Below are positions 1-13,300 of a stretch of 36,250 nucleotides of DNA, piece by piece. Where the stretch lies: the NCBI GenBank assembly GCA_000934665.2, contig KZ538769.1:124001-160250 (forward strand). Direction: 5' to 3'. The stretch's first letter is position 1; every line of letters begins with the position of its first letter. The DNA comes from Catajapyx aquilonaris. Lineage: Eukaryota. The translations under genes and the position numbers were made by a program. The notes under the pieces were generated by a model that saw only the letters and a program-made list of their open reading frames with translations, made no database searches and was not told where the DNA came from.

Positions 1-2009
1 CAGTTACTTTCCAATGCAACCGCGTGCAATAATGGCTTTCCTGATAACGCCCTTGCATTTCGTGTTATCGGATCGTTACAAAATGAAATCGAACTTGCCC
101 ACCTCCGCCTAAGGTTGGCAGGATTTAATCTGAGGCACGATGTTTCATGGCAAAGTCTGAGCGGATGCAGCTGGATGGCGAGGAGGAGGAGGAGGAGGTG
201 GCGGTGGTAGGATGGTGAGGTGGGTGAATCCGCTGCTAGTCACGATTCTTGGCCTGCAAAATCCATACGGGGCACAAGTACTGGTAACGCTCATCCGATG
301 CACCCTCCCCTATTTCACGCTGCTACCACATTCAGAAGCGGGCCCAACAACAGGACTAATGAATTCACTTGTTCCAACAATATCTCAATAGATACCAATG
401 GGAAACATGTGGCATGCAATTAATTCGCGACCAATGGAGAGCGGAGGAAAAAAAAAACTAGTCTCCCTTCTCCAATTGCAACTCGACATACAAAACCGAA
501 AAACTAGTTTGACCGCATGATGTGACCCAAGCTGTGTGCAGGTGAGAAATATTCGTTGTTGTTAATGATGCGAACGACATGTGTAAATGACTCACACGGA
601 CAATCCGCCACATCAGTTCACATTATGTCATAGAGTACGGACCTGATGGGAATACCCCGATTATTTTGACTGGAAAATGCGGGAGTGCGTGCAGACTTTG
701 TAGAACGTTACCGTAAATCAATCCAAAGGGCAATGATACATTTCTGACAGCAATGCGAACCACCATTATCCGGATGCACGATAGTAGTCATTTTAGTTAA
801 ATTATGACAACTGTAACATGCCAACTTTGCTATATTACGCTAAATAACAGTGAAGTCGCATCGGAGGTTCACAAATCACGAAGCACTTGTGCAGTAACCA
901 ATTACTGCAGTTGTATGTGTGGTATTGTACTGTACTGTACATGGCTCTGACGATGAGGTAACGCTACCCCCTTTGTCCCAGCATGGGGCTGCTCTTTCTG
1001 AACACGATTCACTATTTTTTTTTTTTGAGCCCAAGAAACGTGAATATTCACAAACGTGATGATAACTTTTCGGCATCTAATAAGACATTAGCGGAAGATT
1101 TTTAGAACTCTTATTGCAACATAACAGCTGGACCATCTGACGGTCCTTGTTATGCGCCAAGTCTCTAATAGGCTAATGGAATCTGACGAGCCTCAATACA
1201 TGACACGAATAACTTACACTATCTTACTGCATTATTATGTTCCAAAACTCCAGTGCGAATCCCATCGAAGCAATTTTACTCGCTGAAGAATTACCGACTG
1301 TACATAAGAATCCAGTTTGATATACCAAGTGCTTAGACTAATGTATAATAGATACTAAATCCCGGATTTACTTCAATGCGAGCAATTTAATCTGCCCATG
1401 CACCACGCTCATAAATCGCTAAATTGTGATATCAGTCCGTATATAGCCGTTCCCTGAATCATCCCAGCAGGTTCCACGTGTCCGATGCAAAAGACGACGC
1501 ATACGCTTCTGATTGTATAAAAGGCCAACCCCCCACTCCCTATGGGTGTTTACAACGCAATGGCACCCGGCCAAACCTTTCGCTAGGGAATGAATACGTT
1601 CGATGTGCTCTGGCTTCCGCAAGAATCAACACTAGTTACACATTATTCATCGCACTCCCCTCGCAAGATACACGCCCCGACTTAATCTGATGACCAGTCG
1701 CGGTGGGGTCAAAGTTCGCGAAAGGGCATGAATCGCGCACCGAGGCAAGTGATCTTACGCGCACTTATTATTTCCTGATAAGCGGTGCTCGTAAACAAAA
1801 GGGGCGCTCCTTATCCTGGATGGTCTGGAGCATTCCTGCGGCCGTTCATTTGCCCGCGAAATAACTCCGAGGCCGAGTCATTCTGGAATTGGGCCCGGAC
1901 CCCCATTCGCTCTATTCTTGGACTGGATTGTTATAAAACGGGAAGTGTCGGCCACACACCCTGGCTGGCTCACACTTGCCTTGCACAACCCCAACCACGA
2001 GGAGGAGCA

Positions 2010-2032
2010 GGGGGGGGGGGGGGGGGGGGGGG
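2010..2032 (+). repeat. G23 homopolymer
   Basis: 23 consecutive G; similar G tracts at 14024-14043 (with one N) and 20294-20305. Confidence 0.9.
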
Positions 2033-3408
2033 AACTCATCTATGAGCCAGCACGGATTCCTTTATTTATAGAAACCCGATTTAATGCCCCGAACTGACCT
2101 AGACCTCAAGACCCACATGTCGGGGGACACCCGCTTGCCCAATTCTTGGACGCCGATGTGATGCCAAATTCCTTACACTCTGGCCCAAAAAATGTAAACT
2201 ATCCAAGTTTACACACAAATAGGGGCTAACCCAGGGGCTATCGCCATTTATTCCCTCTATAGCAGCGAGACGCCAGGTTCTTTGAATAATTTGGAAAACT
2301 GGTTTGCAGTAATGATCGAAACGCACCCGAAGGCGAAATAACCGCACAAAGGATGCGCTGGCTGCATCGACATTTTTCAGTTGGCCAATGGATAATAAAA
2401 CTTCCAGTGCGCTTTTCAGGCGAGCGTCAGCCCTTACGTCTCTATAACAAAGCCTTCCTCGCAGAATAAAAAAAATGGCGGTCGTTAGTTAGGGGGGGCC
2501 TCAGCACTCTTCTTGGCCAGCCAGCCTCGCCGACGGGGACCTCAATTTATCAATAAATTATGCATCTGGATTTTAAGGGCCTTCTGATCTCACAGCCACG
2601 TCAATTGAGACCACTAATAGAAGCAGTACACAGCCCTCCATCACTGTGCTACTTGCCTTTGCACGCATCGGTTTGCAACAACTAAGACACCTAATTGCAT
2701 CGAGTACCTGCGGTGGATAGGTTTCTAACCCCCAAAAAATGAAGTCGTGCATATGGCACCTGTTGCTGCGGTTACAAGGCCAGCTCTTTGGATAACATTT
2801 CCACGCACATTTGGAAAAAAATCCAATTTGCGACATAGTTTGCTTAATACTCCGAGAGGGTTACAAAGGGTGCAAAAATGGGTCTAATAGGAGCTCCAAT
2901 CGTGCGACACTCTTGATCATGTGTGTGATTCGGCAACTTTCCATAGCTCCCCTCTTTTTTTGGTCAGATAATATCCAGCGATCCGTGCCACACGTGCTGG
3001 TGGCAACATTTGGTCCTGGCGCCCTCCCCCCTGTTCCCCCGTTCCCTCCACAGCAAACGGGCATGCCTGCCACGAATAATAACGAGTTACTCTGGTTCCC
3101 TGGTACCAACCCCAATGGGGGGAAAGCCGCTACACAGAACGAAAGCCCGTCTGATACAAGACAAAAAAGGTGAGGTTGGGCGGGGAAAGCGCGCAAGATA
3201 AATATAGTCGGGCTATTAGTGGTGAATGGAAAGAGAAAACTACGGTCCACTTGGTCTCGCCTCATCAACCTAAAACCAGGTGGGATTACTTAATCCGTAT
3301 TACCAGCCCAATTTTCCAATTGCATTACCCTCTCCACGTGGTTGGCACTTTCATTCATGCCGTTTCCTGTGGGTTACTTTCTCCGGGTAGAAAAGACAAC
3401 ACCCCCCC

Positions 3409-3725
3409 NNNNNNNNNNNNNNNNNNNNNNNNNNNNNNNNNNNNNNNNNNNNNNNNNNNNNNNNNNNNNNNNNNNNNNNNNNNNNNNNNNNNNNNNNNNN
3501 NNNNNNNNNNNNNNNNNNNNNNNNNNNNNNNNNNNNNNNNNNNNNNNNNNNNNNNNNNNNNNNNNNNNNNNNNNNNNNNNNNNNNNNNNNNNNNNNNNNN
3601 NNNNNNNNNNNNNNNNNNNNNNNNNNNNNNNNNNNNNNNNNNNNNNNNNNNNNNNNNNNNNNNNNNNNNNNNNNNNNNNNNNNNNNNNNNNNNNNNNNNN
3701 NNNNNNNNNNNNNNNNNNNNNNNNN
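3409..3725. other. Assembly gap (317 N)
   Basis: Run of N flanked by C7 (3402-3408) and G12 (3726-3737). Confidence 0.99.
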
Positions 3726-3836
3726 GGGGGGGGGGGGCATTATTGTGCATTCCTGTTACTGAATCAATTTCCCTTTCGCTTTCACACTCGGCGGGAGAGA
3801 GAAAAAAAAGGGGCGTAATAGAGATGGACCGGATGG

Positions 3837-3847
3837 AATGTGGGTCA
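3837..3847 (+). promoter_or_regulatory. RORE-type (HR3/E75) monomeric nuclear receptor site AATGTGGGTCA
   Basis: Matches WAWNTRGGTCA. Confidence 0.4.
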
Positions 3848-4949
3848 GCCTGCGTGATGCATTAGCCGGCTCATGTGTGAGATCGATTCGAACCACGTGT
3901 CTCTCCGCCGACTTTCCTCTTCTTCCCACCATCTCTGGACCACCAACAACAACTCGCAAGCATAAAAAAACAGACATAATATGTAGCCAGCGCACCTGGC
4001 ACCCTTTCAATTACATGTCAGGTGACATAATTATTACATACTTGAAACCTAAATTCCGACTGCCTGCAGTCAAACTCCAACCGTGGATAGTACAGGTTGA
4101 GTTAACCTACTTTCGTCCGCACAATTGTTCGCTTGATACGTTTCTTTTTTCTTTTTTTCTTTCGCCGCTGGCACTTATGCAGTCAAGAGCAGCGCACGGA
4201 TAGGTCTTTTCGTCCCGTGCAAAACCTGAGGGGTATCCTTCGCTTAAATATTCCAACTTGCAAGGTATTTATTAACTGTGCACGGAATGATGGTGGGGGA
4301 ATCGGGTCGTAATTCTGCAGCTGCGAGCTTACCATGTTGTGAGTTGGAAGGAGGCAGCACAAAAGTGAAAGGGAATGTAAAACCGCCGCTTTTAAAGATG
4401 CAATCCAGAGATTATGGAATTCTTCACAGCCAATTCAAGCAAATCAATCTGGGATACGAGTAAATGCACCGGAACGCTCGCTATGACTCTCCGATTGCGC
4501 CATAATTGTAGCCGGTGATTCAGCTAATCCTCTCCAAACCGAGCCATAAAAATGTGACATTTATGGCAAAATGTGGAAGAACTCGAGCTCTTCATATATC
4601 CCTGTACAAACAGTCATGCCGAAACAGCAGGGCAAATCATGGGAATATCCATCAAATGATGGCATCGACTTGTGCAGTAAGTTCCGAGAGAACAATGCGG
4701 CACCTGCTCTGCTGATGCTCCATCTACCGCTATTTACAAACTGCAATTAACTTGAGATGATGTCAGCATCCGCATAACCTGTTAGCTGCTGAATCCTTTG
4801 CCCCTTGACGAACGTGAAGTGCTATCGACAACTACACAATGCCACTAGGACTAAATGGATTACATTATATCTAGGCCATTGATATGATGACAGTTGATAC
4901 CGTTTCGCTCTCCGTCAAGACATGGCTGCCAAAGTGACTATCTGCAACT

Positions 4950-4960
4950 TGACCTACTTT
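4950..4960 (-). promoter_or_regulatory. RORE-type site AAAGTAGGTCA
   Basis: TGACCTACTTT on +; perfect consensus. Confidence 0.45.
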
Positions 4961-5579
4961 GCACCGACTATGCATCGCCTATTTCTTTTGGCGTCTAATT
5001 GGAGCATCCCTTGAACCCCCTCCCCTCTCTGAAATAACCGTCGGGGTGCACCCCCTGATAAAACCACGTTGCCGCACCCCTACCACCCCTCCGTACAAGC
5101 ATGGACGATACAGTAAACAAGCAAAGGCCTTCATGCAGTGTAAATATAAGCCCGGTTACCGACGACCTTGCACCACTTTCCGTGCTCCTCTTGACCTTCA
5201 AACTCCGATACCGTATGGCACAGTAGCGAGCAGTGACCTCAGGAGTCAAGGACCCCCCCCACCCCCTGCAAGGCACCCACGCCAAACCCCACCTACGACG
5301 GCACGGAAACCCCCTCGTCACTATTTATAACCCGCACTTTGCAGCTTTTCCATCGGCTCGAGCAGCGTCCTGAGAGGAATCCACGCGGCCGGCATCAACC
5401 CCATAGGTATACCATATAGGCAAAACACTCGGCGCAACAACCGAGCAAATTAAGGCGGTGACGCGGAATTAGAACCCCATAAGTTTGGCTTTACACGCAG
5501 TCAGGAAAGAACTGTGTCACACATTACGTCACCAAAGGCGACATGTGGGAAACGAGCGTCGCTTCCAGCTCGGGAGAAA

Positions 5580-5590
5580 AATTTAGGTCA
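5580..5590 (+). promoter_or_regulatory. RORE-type site AATTTAGGTCA
   Basis: Matches WAWNTRGGTCA. Confidence 0.45.
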
Positions 5591-7908
5591 CTGCCTACAT
5601 ATCCCATAGTCATACTATCGCCATGCTGGGTCGAAATAGAACCCACCAAATATTTATTGGACCAACATGCCCCCGGAGACGCCTGTCACAATTTCGCCCT
5701 TGACTTGGGCAGGTACCAATTACCGGCCCCGGTGTTTTTGGGCAGATGGCGATTGTTCCACAAGTTGAGCGGCCTGACCAATTATGCGTTAAGTTTGCCT
5801 AATGTATGTAGACTTTGACGTGCTGGAGGAGAAAAACGTGTCGGTATGGCATGTGAGTGGCAAGGCAGAAGTTAGAAGATCCACAACTAGACCATTATAC
5901 GGCCGTGGCAGAGCGGCAAAGGACCTGCATAACTCGTTGAGATACTTGCAGATATTTTGATGATGACCGGTTGGGTTGGTGAGTAGTTGACAGTTGACAC
6001 CATTGGATCAAATGAAGCGTAGGCGCGTAAGGAATGGTGCAGATGGTATTTCAACGCCCCTTATCACAAGTAGGCATCGCGTTTAATTGCTCGGCAAATC
6101 CATCCGAGGAAGTTGCAGTGTCGGCAGATCATTTTAAGGACGAGTTTGGTTGTTTTTACCACAGCCCCATCACGTGAGTTGCACCTGCCTAGTCATCGTT
6201 TCCTATACGAAAAAGGAAACGCGAAAAAAGTACGTCTCTGGGAACATAACTCCGGGTTTTCCCCTACTGACGTACTATCCCCAAAATGACGCCGCCTCTT
6301 GGTCATTGTTTGCGCTGGACCAGCCAAGGTCCACGGATGCCACCTTATTTACCCGAGTTTGTGTCAGGTCAACTGCCAACTCCTGCCCGTAATGCCCAAA
6401 GTTTACAACCACCGCCGCCACGGTTAGTTAGACCAAGAACGCGTCTTGGGCAATGCCACTAAGTACAATAATTGGCCGAACAACTTCGTAGCCGGCGACT
6501 ATATAGCCATAAGCACGGCGCCAGAGGTTCCGCTCGCCATCGCCTGGTGATTAACCCCTCGAAGCCTTGCTAGCTAATGACAACCACCTACACACCTACC
6601 CCCGGAATATGCTTAGTATGTGTCTATGCACTTGCCGTAAGCAATGTAGTTCATGTTGCGATGCTACTGACGTAACATGCCACGGAAGTCACGATCCCTC
6701 AATTGACGCACGGCTTAATTTTCACATGCACAGTACAGAGCCTCTAAAAATACGTTCTCTGAATCGAGTTAAGAAAAAATAAAACTATACGTAAAAAAAT
6801 AGCACGTGCTACACACGAGCCTAATTTTTAACCTTCGCGGCCTTATTTTTTCTTAGAACGCTGTCGCCCGATAACATACTACCCTTCAACTTCTGTCAAT
6901 TGACGTTCAGGACGCTCTCACAAAGGCGCAGTAGGGAACCCCCCATACCTTCCCGACCGCCATCCAAAACAAAATTGATTGGGTTCGCCAAATAGAAAAA
7001 AATCCGGGGCCGGGAACGTGAGGTTCCAAAAAAAGGATTTCCCAAGGAATGAGGCAAGAACAGGAGAATTTAGGCCACACAAATCTTTTGCCCACATATC
7101 GCTTGAAAAGTCCACCTGTATATGGCGCGAGCTATTGCCACACAATAACCGAGCTGACACGTGTGTGGGGAGATGAAGATCGGTTTTCCCACGTGAGGGG
7201 TGGCAAAATAGGGGTGTTCCAGAGGTTGATTTTCACAGGACAATGACTAACCCCTTATACACCTGTTTCTTCGCCTTTTCTCCCTCCCCCATCATACTCA
7301 ACCCTGCAAACGATTTCGGTAAGCCCACGTTATTTTTCAAGACGATAATACCGTAATTTGTTACAGGATACGAGTTTTTTCGCCAGCTAAAAATAGTCGG
7401 GTCGCAATGAACTCTTTGAGAATCCTCGCAATAACTCCTACGAGACGGTACAGCCACCTGGCGAGGTAATTACCCACACCCAAAAACTTTCCCAGTTTTG
7501 CCTCACATTGTACTGACGCACACCTGTCGCGTACCACATTTTCAACCCCATACGCCTGGCAACTAACGCATGAAAGGGGATTGCAAGAAGAACGCAATCT
7601 TCGGGATGCAACACAACGGTACAGCGGTTTGTGGATGCTGTGATGGCGTTTCTACATTACAGGGTTGCCTTTTTTCCCCTCTCCCTCTCGGTCTTCCATC
7701 CCCCCCTCCTCCTCCCTATACCCCTTTCACTACTGCACGGTTGGCTGACCCTGCTACACAACAAAGGCTTCTCTCGCTACTTTTGCACGCATTACTTTTA
7801 GTTTCGTTGCAACACACTGGATCGAGAGCCTGATTTTTGCCACCGTGGAAATTACGCGCTCGTCTGGTCCATCAGGCCACTTTTTGGCCCTCTATAGTAA
7901 CAAGGGGC

Positions 7909-7917
7909 TCAAGGTCA
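7909..7917 (+). promoter_or_regulatory. NR5A/FTZ-F1 consensus site TCAAGGTCA
   Basis: Matches YCAAGGYCR; ~140 bp into the intron after the DBD exon. Confidence 0.35.
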
Positions 7918-8054
7918 CCCCCTTTCTCGTCTCAGATGACTTTTCTCCTTGAGAAGAATGTGCCAGGACGTGCATTAAATTTTTTGCTAAGCTACACTAT
8001 CTAAAAAAGAAAAACATTTCGCGCCTGCAAGTCATAGTAGTGTTGGGGACTCAC

Positions 8055-8604
8055 CTTCCAGCTTCATCCCAACTTCTAGGCACTTCTGGAACCGGCAGTA
8101 GGGGCACCTCTTCCTCTGCGTCTTGTCAATGTGACAGGACCGGTCCGCCACGCACGTGTACACCTTCTTGTTCTGCACTGTGCGTTTGAAGAAGCCTTTG
8201 CAGGACTCACAAGTCAGCAGGCCGTAGTGGTAGCCGGACACTTTGTCCCCGCACACGGGACACAGCTCCTCGATGCCCTCCTTGGTGTCAGGCATGTCTT
8301 GTCCGCCCAACGTGGCGTGGTAGTCCATTCCTGCCCCGGGCCCGCCCCCGTTGCCGCCACCTCCTCCACCGCCTCCGCCTCCTGCCAGCAAACAAGAGTC
8401 CGAGTTACCCAATGAGGCTCCCAACAGGCCCCCGGGCGGCCCTTGGGCGCACGGGTGGTGTCCGTGGTGCATGCTGTATCCCCCAGAGGACATTCCCACG
8501 TGTTGTTGTTGCAGCCCCCCCGAACTGCCCCCAGCCAAGGGGGGGCTAAGGCTGAACGGGGTCACACTCAGACTGGTGATGGGCAACTCCATGTCAGCTA
8601 GCAT
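8055..8604 (-). CDS. ftz-f1: FTZ-F1 (NR5A) nuclear receptor: coding exon with beta-type N-terminus and both C4 zinc fingers of the DBD (partial gene)
   Basis: Translation [19 protein letters not shown]...[72 protein letters not shown] has the NR5A P-box CESCKG and is near-identical to insect FTZ-F1. ATG 8604 is the first in-frame AUG after TGA at 8734-8736. The exon ends at phase-1 donor GAAG|GTGAGT (8055/8054), just before the expected AVRADRMRGG FTZ-F1 box. Confidence 0.96.
8382..8410 (-). other. ftz-f1: Internal 3' splice acceptor within the FTZ-F1 DBD exon
   Basis: GGTAAC...CTCTTGTTTGCTGGCAG|GA (branch-like TAAC, pyrimidine tract, CAG); phase 1, matching the donors of the distal exon. 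Confidence 0.65.
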
Positions 8605-8868
8605 ATTAAGGGTCACTCCCCCACCGCCACCACCACCACCACCTCCGATTCCTTGGTACGCCAGCGCAACGCTTGTACACAAACTGCGGTCACAAAAACT
8701 CGAAACAAACTCGCACAACACTTTTTTTTTTTTTCAAAAATCACTGGTATGTCACCTGCCGGTCCACACCCGGGACACGGCCAGGTCGTGCGGTCCCCAT
8801 TGCAAATCCTGACCGTCCACCATCACTGACACTCTCCAAACGTAGCCAACGCGTGTCTAAAAGTATCC

Positions 8869-8898
8869 ACTGAAAGCACGTGGGGGTTGACCTATCGA
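8869..8898 (-). promoter_or_regulatory. Candidate proximal (beta-isoform) promoter/leader element: TAGGTCA half-site + CACGTG + Inr-like TCAGT
   Basis: Minus strand reads TCGATAGGTCAACCCCCACGTGCTTTCAGT, ~270 nt upstream of ATG 8604. Confidence 0.3.
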
Positions 8899-10363
8899 GC
8901 TGTGTGGGTACTACAAGCTTCGAACCGAGCCTAGCGACGGACCGACTGTAGCCAGAGAGCGTCTAGCACACACTGCCAGCCCAAAGCCAGATACAATGGA
9001 GAATGATCAGACAGCCGATGCAATAAGTGAAAGTGGATGGAGTCGCCTGGCCTACTTTTCTGCTAACCAGGTCTATGTTAGTGCCGTTGAGTGTAGAGAG
9101 CGAGAGTGGTGGGCTATTGCTGGTGGCCCACTGCCCTACTTACGAGGGCTCCCCGGGCTGCTGGAAAACCGGGGGGAAGGCGGGGCTGGGGAGGAGGGGA
9201 AGGGCACAGTACAGCCGACGGGGCCCGACCGCGGCGTTGCGATCGCCTTTTTGTGTGTGTGTGTGTCTGTCTGTCCCCCCCTATACCACCACCCAACGTC
9301 CCAACCCCAGGCTAAAACACCCCCCTCTACTCGCGCAACAAGGGCCCTTACCAAAAGCACGCCCATATCGCATGCTAAAGCCGCACACCACGTTTTTCTT
9401 CATTCACAATTGAAAGCCGGCTCCAGACTACTAGCCCCATGCTGCCAGAGCTCTCATCCTGATTGATCGCGACCCCATACGCACTGGCCCCAGCCAACAT
9501 TATTAGGTCCAAACATTTTTAGCACGCCAAATTACGACTGCCAAGGCGATTGTTGTGAATGTAGGTTAGGGGTTTTTCGCAGGCTCTGTTTTGGTACGCA
9601 ATCGATAACCCCGGCCGTGCACGGACCCTACTTAACCCTATTCTTATCCTTGCGTTAAAGAGAAGGTGCACACAGTCCAATTGTTAACATAAAATGTGCT
9701 ATTGCCGTGAAATAATTCAAAACTGACTAAATGAACCAACAGTAAATCTGGGCGCGTACTACACGTGGAAGTTTTATGGCCGTCCATAAGACGGACCCAT
9801 TATGCCAGCCAAATGTGAAAATATCCTGAATGTAATTTTACGGGGACATATGGCGGTGGGACTCGTTACATCTCGCAGGTTCATGTTGTCCGTCTGCAGT
9901 ACTGCGACGTTCATTGAAACGACACATCCATCACATTTTGAGTGCAGATCCAGTACATGAAAGTGATATTTAGGTCGACATTGTGTCACTTGGAAGTCTG
10001 AAGGTTAGCTGAACCTGCAACCTTCTGCATGCCTATGGTGACACCAGATTTTTGGGCAATTGGTTTTGAAAAGAAGGTCCTAAAGCTATTCTTTATGGGG
10101 GGATACCCATTGTATTTTATAATGAAGCCTATCTCCGCCCATGAATCACAGCCTCAGGCAATCTCTCCAAGTCGTTGAGCAAAAGATAACCCAGTCTTAT
10201 GAAATTGTCACTGTGACGAGCTCGACTCTTCCATATTGGGAAAGTAAAGGCGAAAATGTTCTACCCTTTCTCTCGCTGGGTATACCCGTGGGCGGGCTCA
10301 TGTACGACACCACAACTATAAAACTACAAATACGTAATATCAAATAATTCATAGCCTCTGCGG

Positions 10364-10374
10364 AAAGTAGGTCA
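10364..10374 (+). promoter_or_regulatory. RORE-type site AAAGTAGGTCA
   Basis: Perfect consensus. Confidence 0.45.
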
Positions 10375-13300
10375 AGGTACTAATGTAGTAAGTACCATAT
10401 TATATTCATGGCGACACGAAATTACAAAATATTTAATCGACCCAGATCCCGGACCCAAATGTACACGCCATGCTATATTTGTACCCCAGCCGGTGTGGCG
10501 GTACATTGTATTTAACTTCTAAAGATCATCCTTGGGCACCTGCTCTAATCGCCCCTCAACTAAAAATAAACTCGTTCCATGAAAAGTGCGTCTACACTGA
10601 AACAACGGGTTTTCTCGACTGTTTGCGGAAACTCAAGCGCCTCTTTCTCCCACGTAATGAAAGCGCCGAGCATATCGCAAAATAGCTCGCTTCCAGCGGA
10701 CTATTTTCATTGTCGGAGCAAGCTCTCCTCGCGAAATAAACTTACACGCAATTTAACCTAAATATCTCGACCCACTTATTAATCTCAGATTTTAATATGC
10801 GCGAATATAAGGGGAGTGGTTTCGACACTCGAATTACTTGAGAATCTCGAGAGTTTATCGCAGGTGAAGTGGCGCTTGTTTACTGCCCTGGAATGTTATC
10901 ACTCATGGCCAATGATTTGAACATTAACAGAAACCTCTTTAATCTTAAATGTGATACATGCGCACCTTGAATATTCCCCAGATAAAACGAAGAAGAAAAA
11001 ATCGTGCCGACTCCTGCTCTCTCATTAGTTACACCGTATAGCAATCTGTACCACGCAAGGCCCTGGAAAACCGAGATATAAATACACACTCCAGACGGTT
11101 ATAAATCCTAATTGCGCTAGCAATTTAATGCATATCTGCCGACCGAGTTTCTCCAAAAGGTCGCATATAGCCAGTGCAGGGGGTCACAAAAAAGAGGAGA
11201 TCGGGAAGCCCATTGATCCGCGGCACAATGTCCCGACACAGGTCAATTTAGTGTCGGCACAATGAATTGGTCGGTGCCTACAGAAAATTCTCTTCTGAAG
11301 GGTGGGGCTATTTCCGCCTCCGTCCAATTGTTAGAAAAAAATAGAGAGGGGGGCCTGACACTTTCACATGGAAGGTTCAATCCTCGTGTTTTGGGGAGCC
11401 TCCGAGGGAGGTGCCATTTGGCCGTAAATGAGTTACACAATCGATTAGTGCAAGCGGTCTAAAAACGTTTTTTTAGGTCATCCTTTGTGCTATCGGAATC
11501 AGCGTGCCATAAAATCGGCGCCCAAGCGGCAGAAAAGTAAAGTCCTCCGCCTCAAAATCAATATTCGCTCATGCATAATTCGATTCATTCCATTTAAGTA
11601 GGTTATCTCTAGCTAAAGATGATATTCAATTGCGGTCTCAATTTCACAACCGTGCCCTCAGATATCCATACACACACACTCAAAATGCATATGGAGGGGC
11701 CGCTATATACATATATGCTCTTCAAACATCAACACAACTGATCTTATGTGGCGATATATTGATAAATATAGAATGAACCGAAACTTTTGTCTGAATCGCG
11801 ATTGAGTCGAAATCGTACTCATTCATTGTGTTTCAAATTTATCAATTCTTTTAAGTTTTTCGACAATTCAAGTATTCAATCAAATCTACGGGAAAAATTG
11901 AAAAATCTGCGATTTTATGGCACAGAAAATATCGCCCAAAACCACTTGGTGCTCTTTCAAATAACTTGCACTCAAGTCAGCCCAAGTGTACTCTAAATGT
12001 GGAGCCCGCTGGACACCCTAATAAAGGCCACCCAAAATGGCCCCGTCAACAATATTCCATGCACATCCGACAACCCATTCATGCATCCAACAATGCCCCC
12101 GCAACAAAGTGTCACTCCAACGTCGCTCATCGCTGCAGGTCGGGTCAACTCGGTGTCACGCCAGAAAAGCAAGTGGGCGGAGAGTGTGAAGGAAAGGGTC
12201 ACCACCTATTCCACCTCATCATCAGCACAAAGGTAGTGACCCTCCCCCCATCCGAAAGGACTTGTCGTGCACTACTGCCTCCCAATTACCTTTCGGTGGA
12301 ACTACTCCTATGTACCACTACCCTTCCTTTTTTTTCTTCTTTTTTCCAAATAGGTTGCAGCCACCAGCATTCCCCGAGAAAAATACTCTCCACCTCTCAA
12401 CCGCCCTCTCATTTCCCTTTCTCTCCTTTATCTTCATCTATTTCTCCTATACGCCCGAGCTTTCTCTTCGACCCTTCTTCTCTCCCCCACAACCCACCCT
12501 TCTCTCCAAATAGCTGCCCGCCCGAAAAACAAAATCCCTCACGGCGTCCCTATTATGACACTTTGGTATCTATCTTGACGTTACCGGGGCTCTAAAGTGC
12601 AAGTTTTTTCCACATTTCACAACGACTTCCAGAGTGAACGTTCCCTAGACATTTCTTTTTTGTTGTCCCCGGTCCCTTTCAGGAGTTTCGATCATGGGAG
12701 TGGTCCAGCTTCCACCATTGCATTTCTTGCAACATTTTTTGGCGAAAGAGGTAGGCTGAAGCACTGGCATAATGGTTCAAAGCGACCCATATCAATGTAG
12801 GAAGCCGACTGATGAATCTATTTGGGTTAGCCCATGTGCAAAAGTGTTATGTGGAAGGCCAATTTGGAAGGCACGACTAATCGTGAAGGCATTTGGAGGA
12901 TTGGAACGAGGTGAGAGGGAATGCCGTGTTTAAGAAGGCGACAGGTGACACACTCGCCACAACAATGTGACTCCACAATAAATTACAGTAGTCATAAGGT
13001 CCAATTATCTTCTGCGGAGGAAGGCAGAGCGGGCAGGTTCATTGTTTCGTAATGATGACTGCTTGATGGGGTCCTCACCTACACGGTAGCAACTTGAAAG
13101 CCAAACAGCAGTTTCGCGAAGGGGACATTTCCAATGCAAAGGGACCTCTCATGCAACTCTTCACGGTCTGTTTCATACACCATAATAATGCGGTGCTGCG
13201 TTTAGTAGCCTATCCAGGGAACCTTTCATCCTCAAGTCCATGGACTTACGACATTCTGCGGCTATGCTCACGACGAGCGGGTCAATCTCTTCATGACTGA

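Noticed and set aside
70..115. Minus-strand GGCAAGTTC (GKF) as a possible FTZ-F1 box exon
   Set aside because: Reads AEVGKFDFIL* rather than RGGRNKFGPMY; no downstream FTZ-F1 exon was found in 1-8054
3170..3865. Long ORFs of 129-231 aa
   Set aside because: They are artefacts of reading through the N gap
8605..8721. N-terminal extension MLCEFV...GGGGGGG of the FTZ-F1 ORF
   Set aside because: Starts at GTG; the first AUG (8604) matches the beta-type N-terminus; no evidence for non-AUG initiation
8351..8812. 153-aa proline-rich plus-strand ORF
   Set aside because: Antisense shadow of the Gly-rich FTZ-F1 exon; non-AUG start
11966..12595. 209-aa plus-strand ORF
   Set aside because: Non-AUG start, low-complexity pyrimidine-rich DNA, no recognisable domain, antisense within an intron
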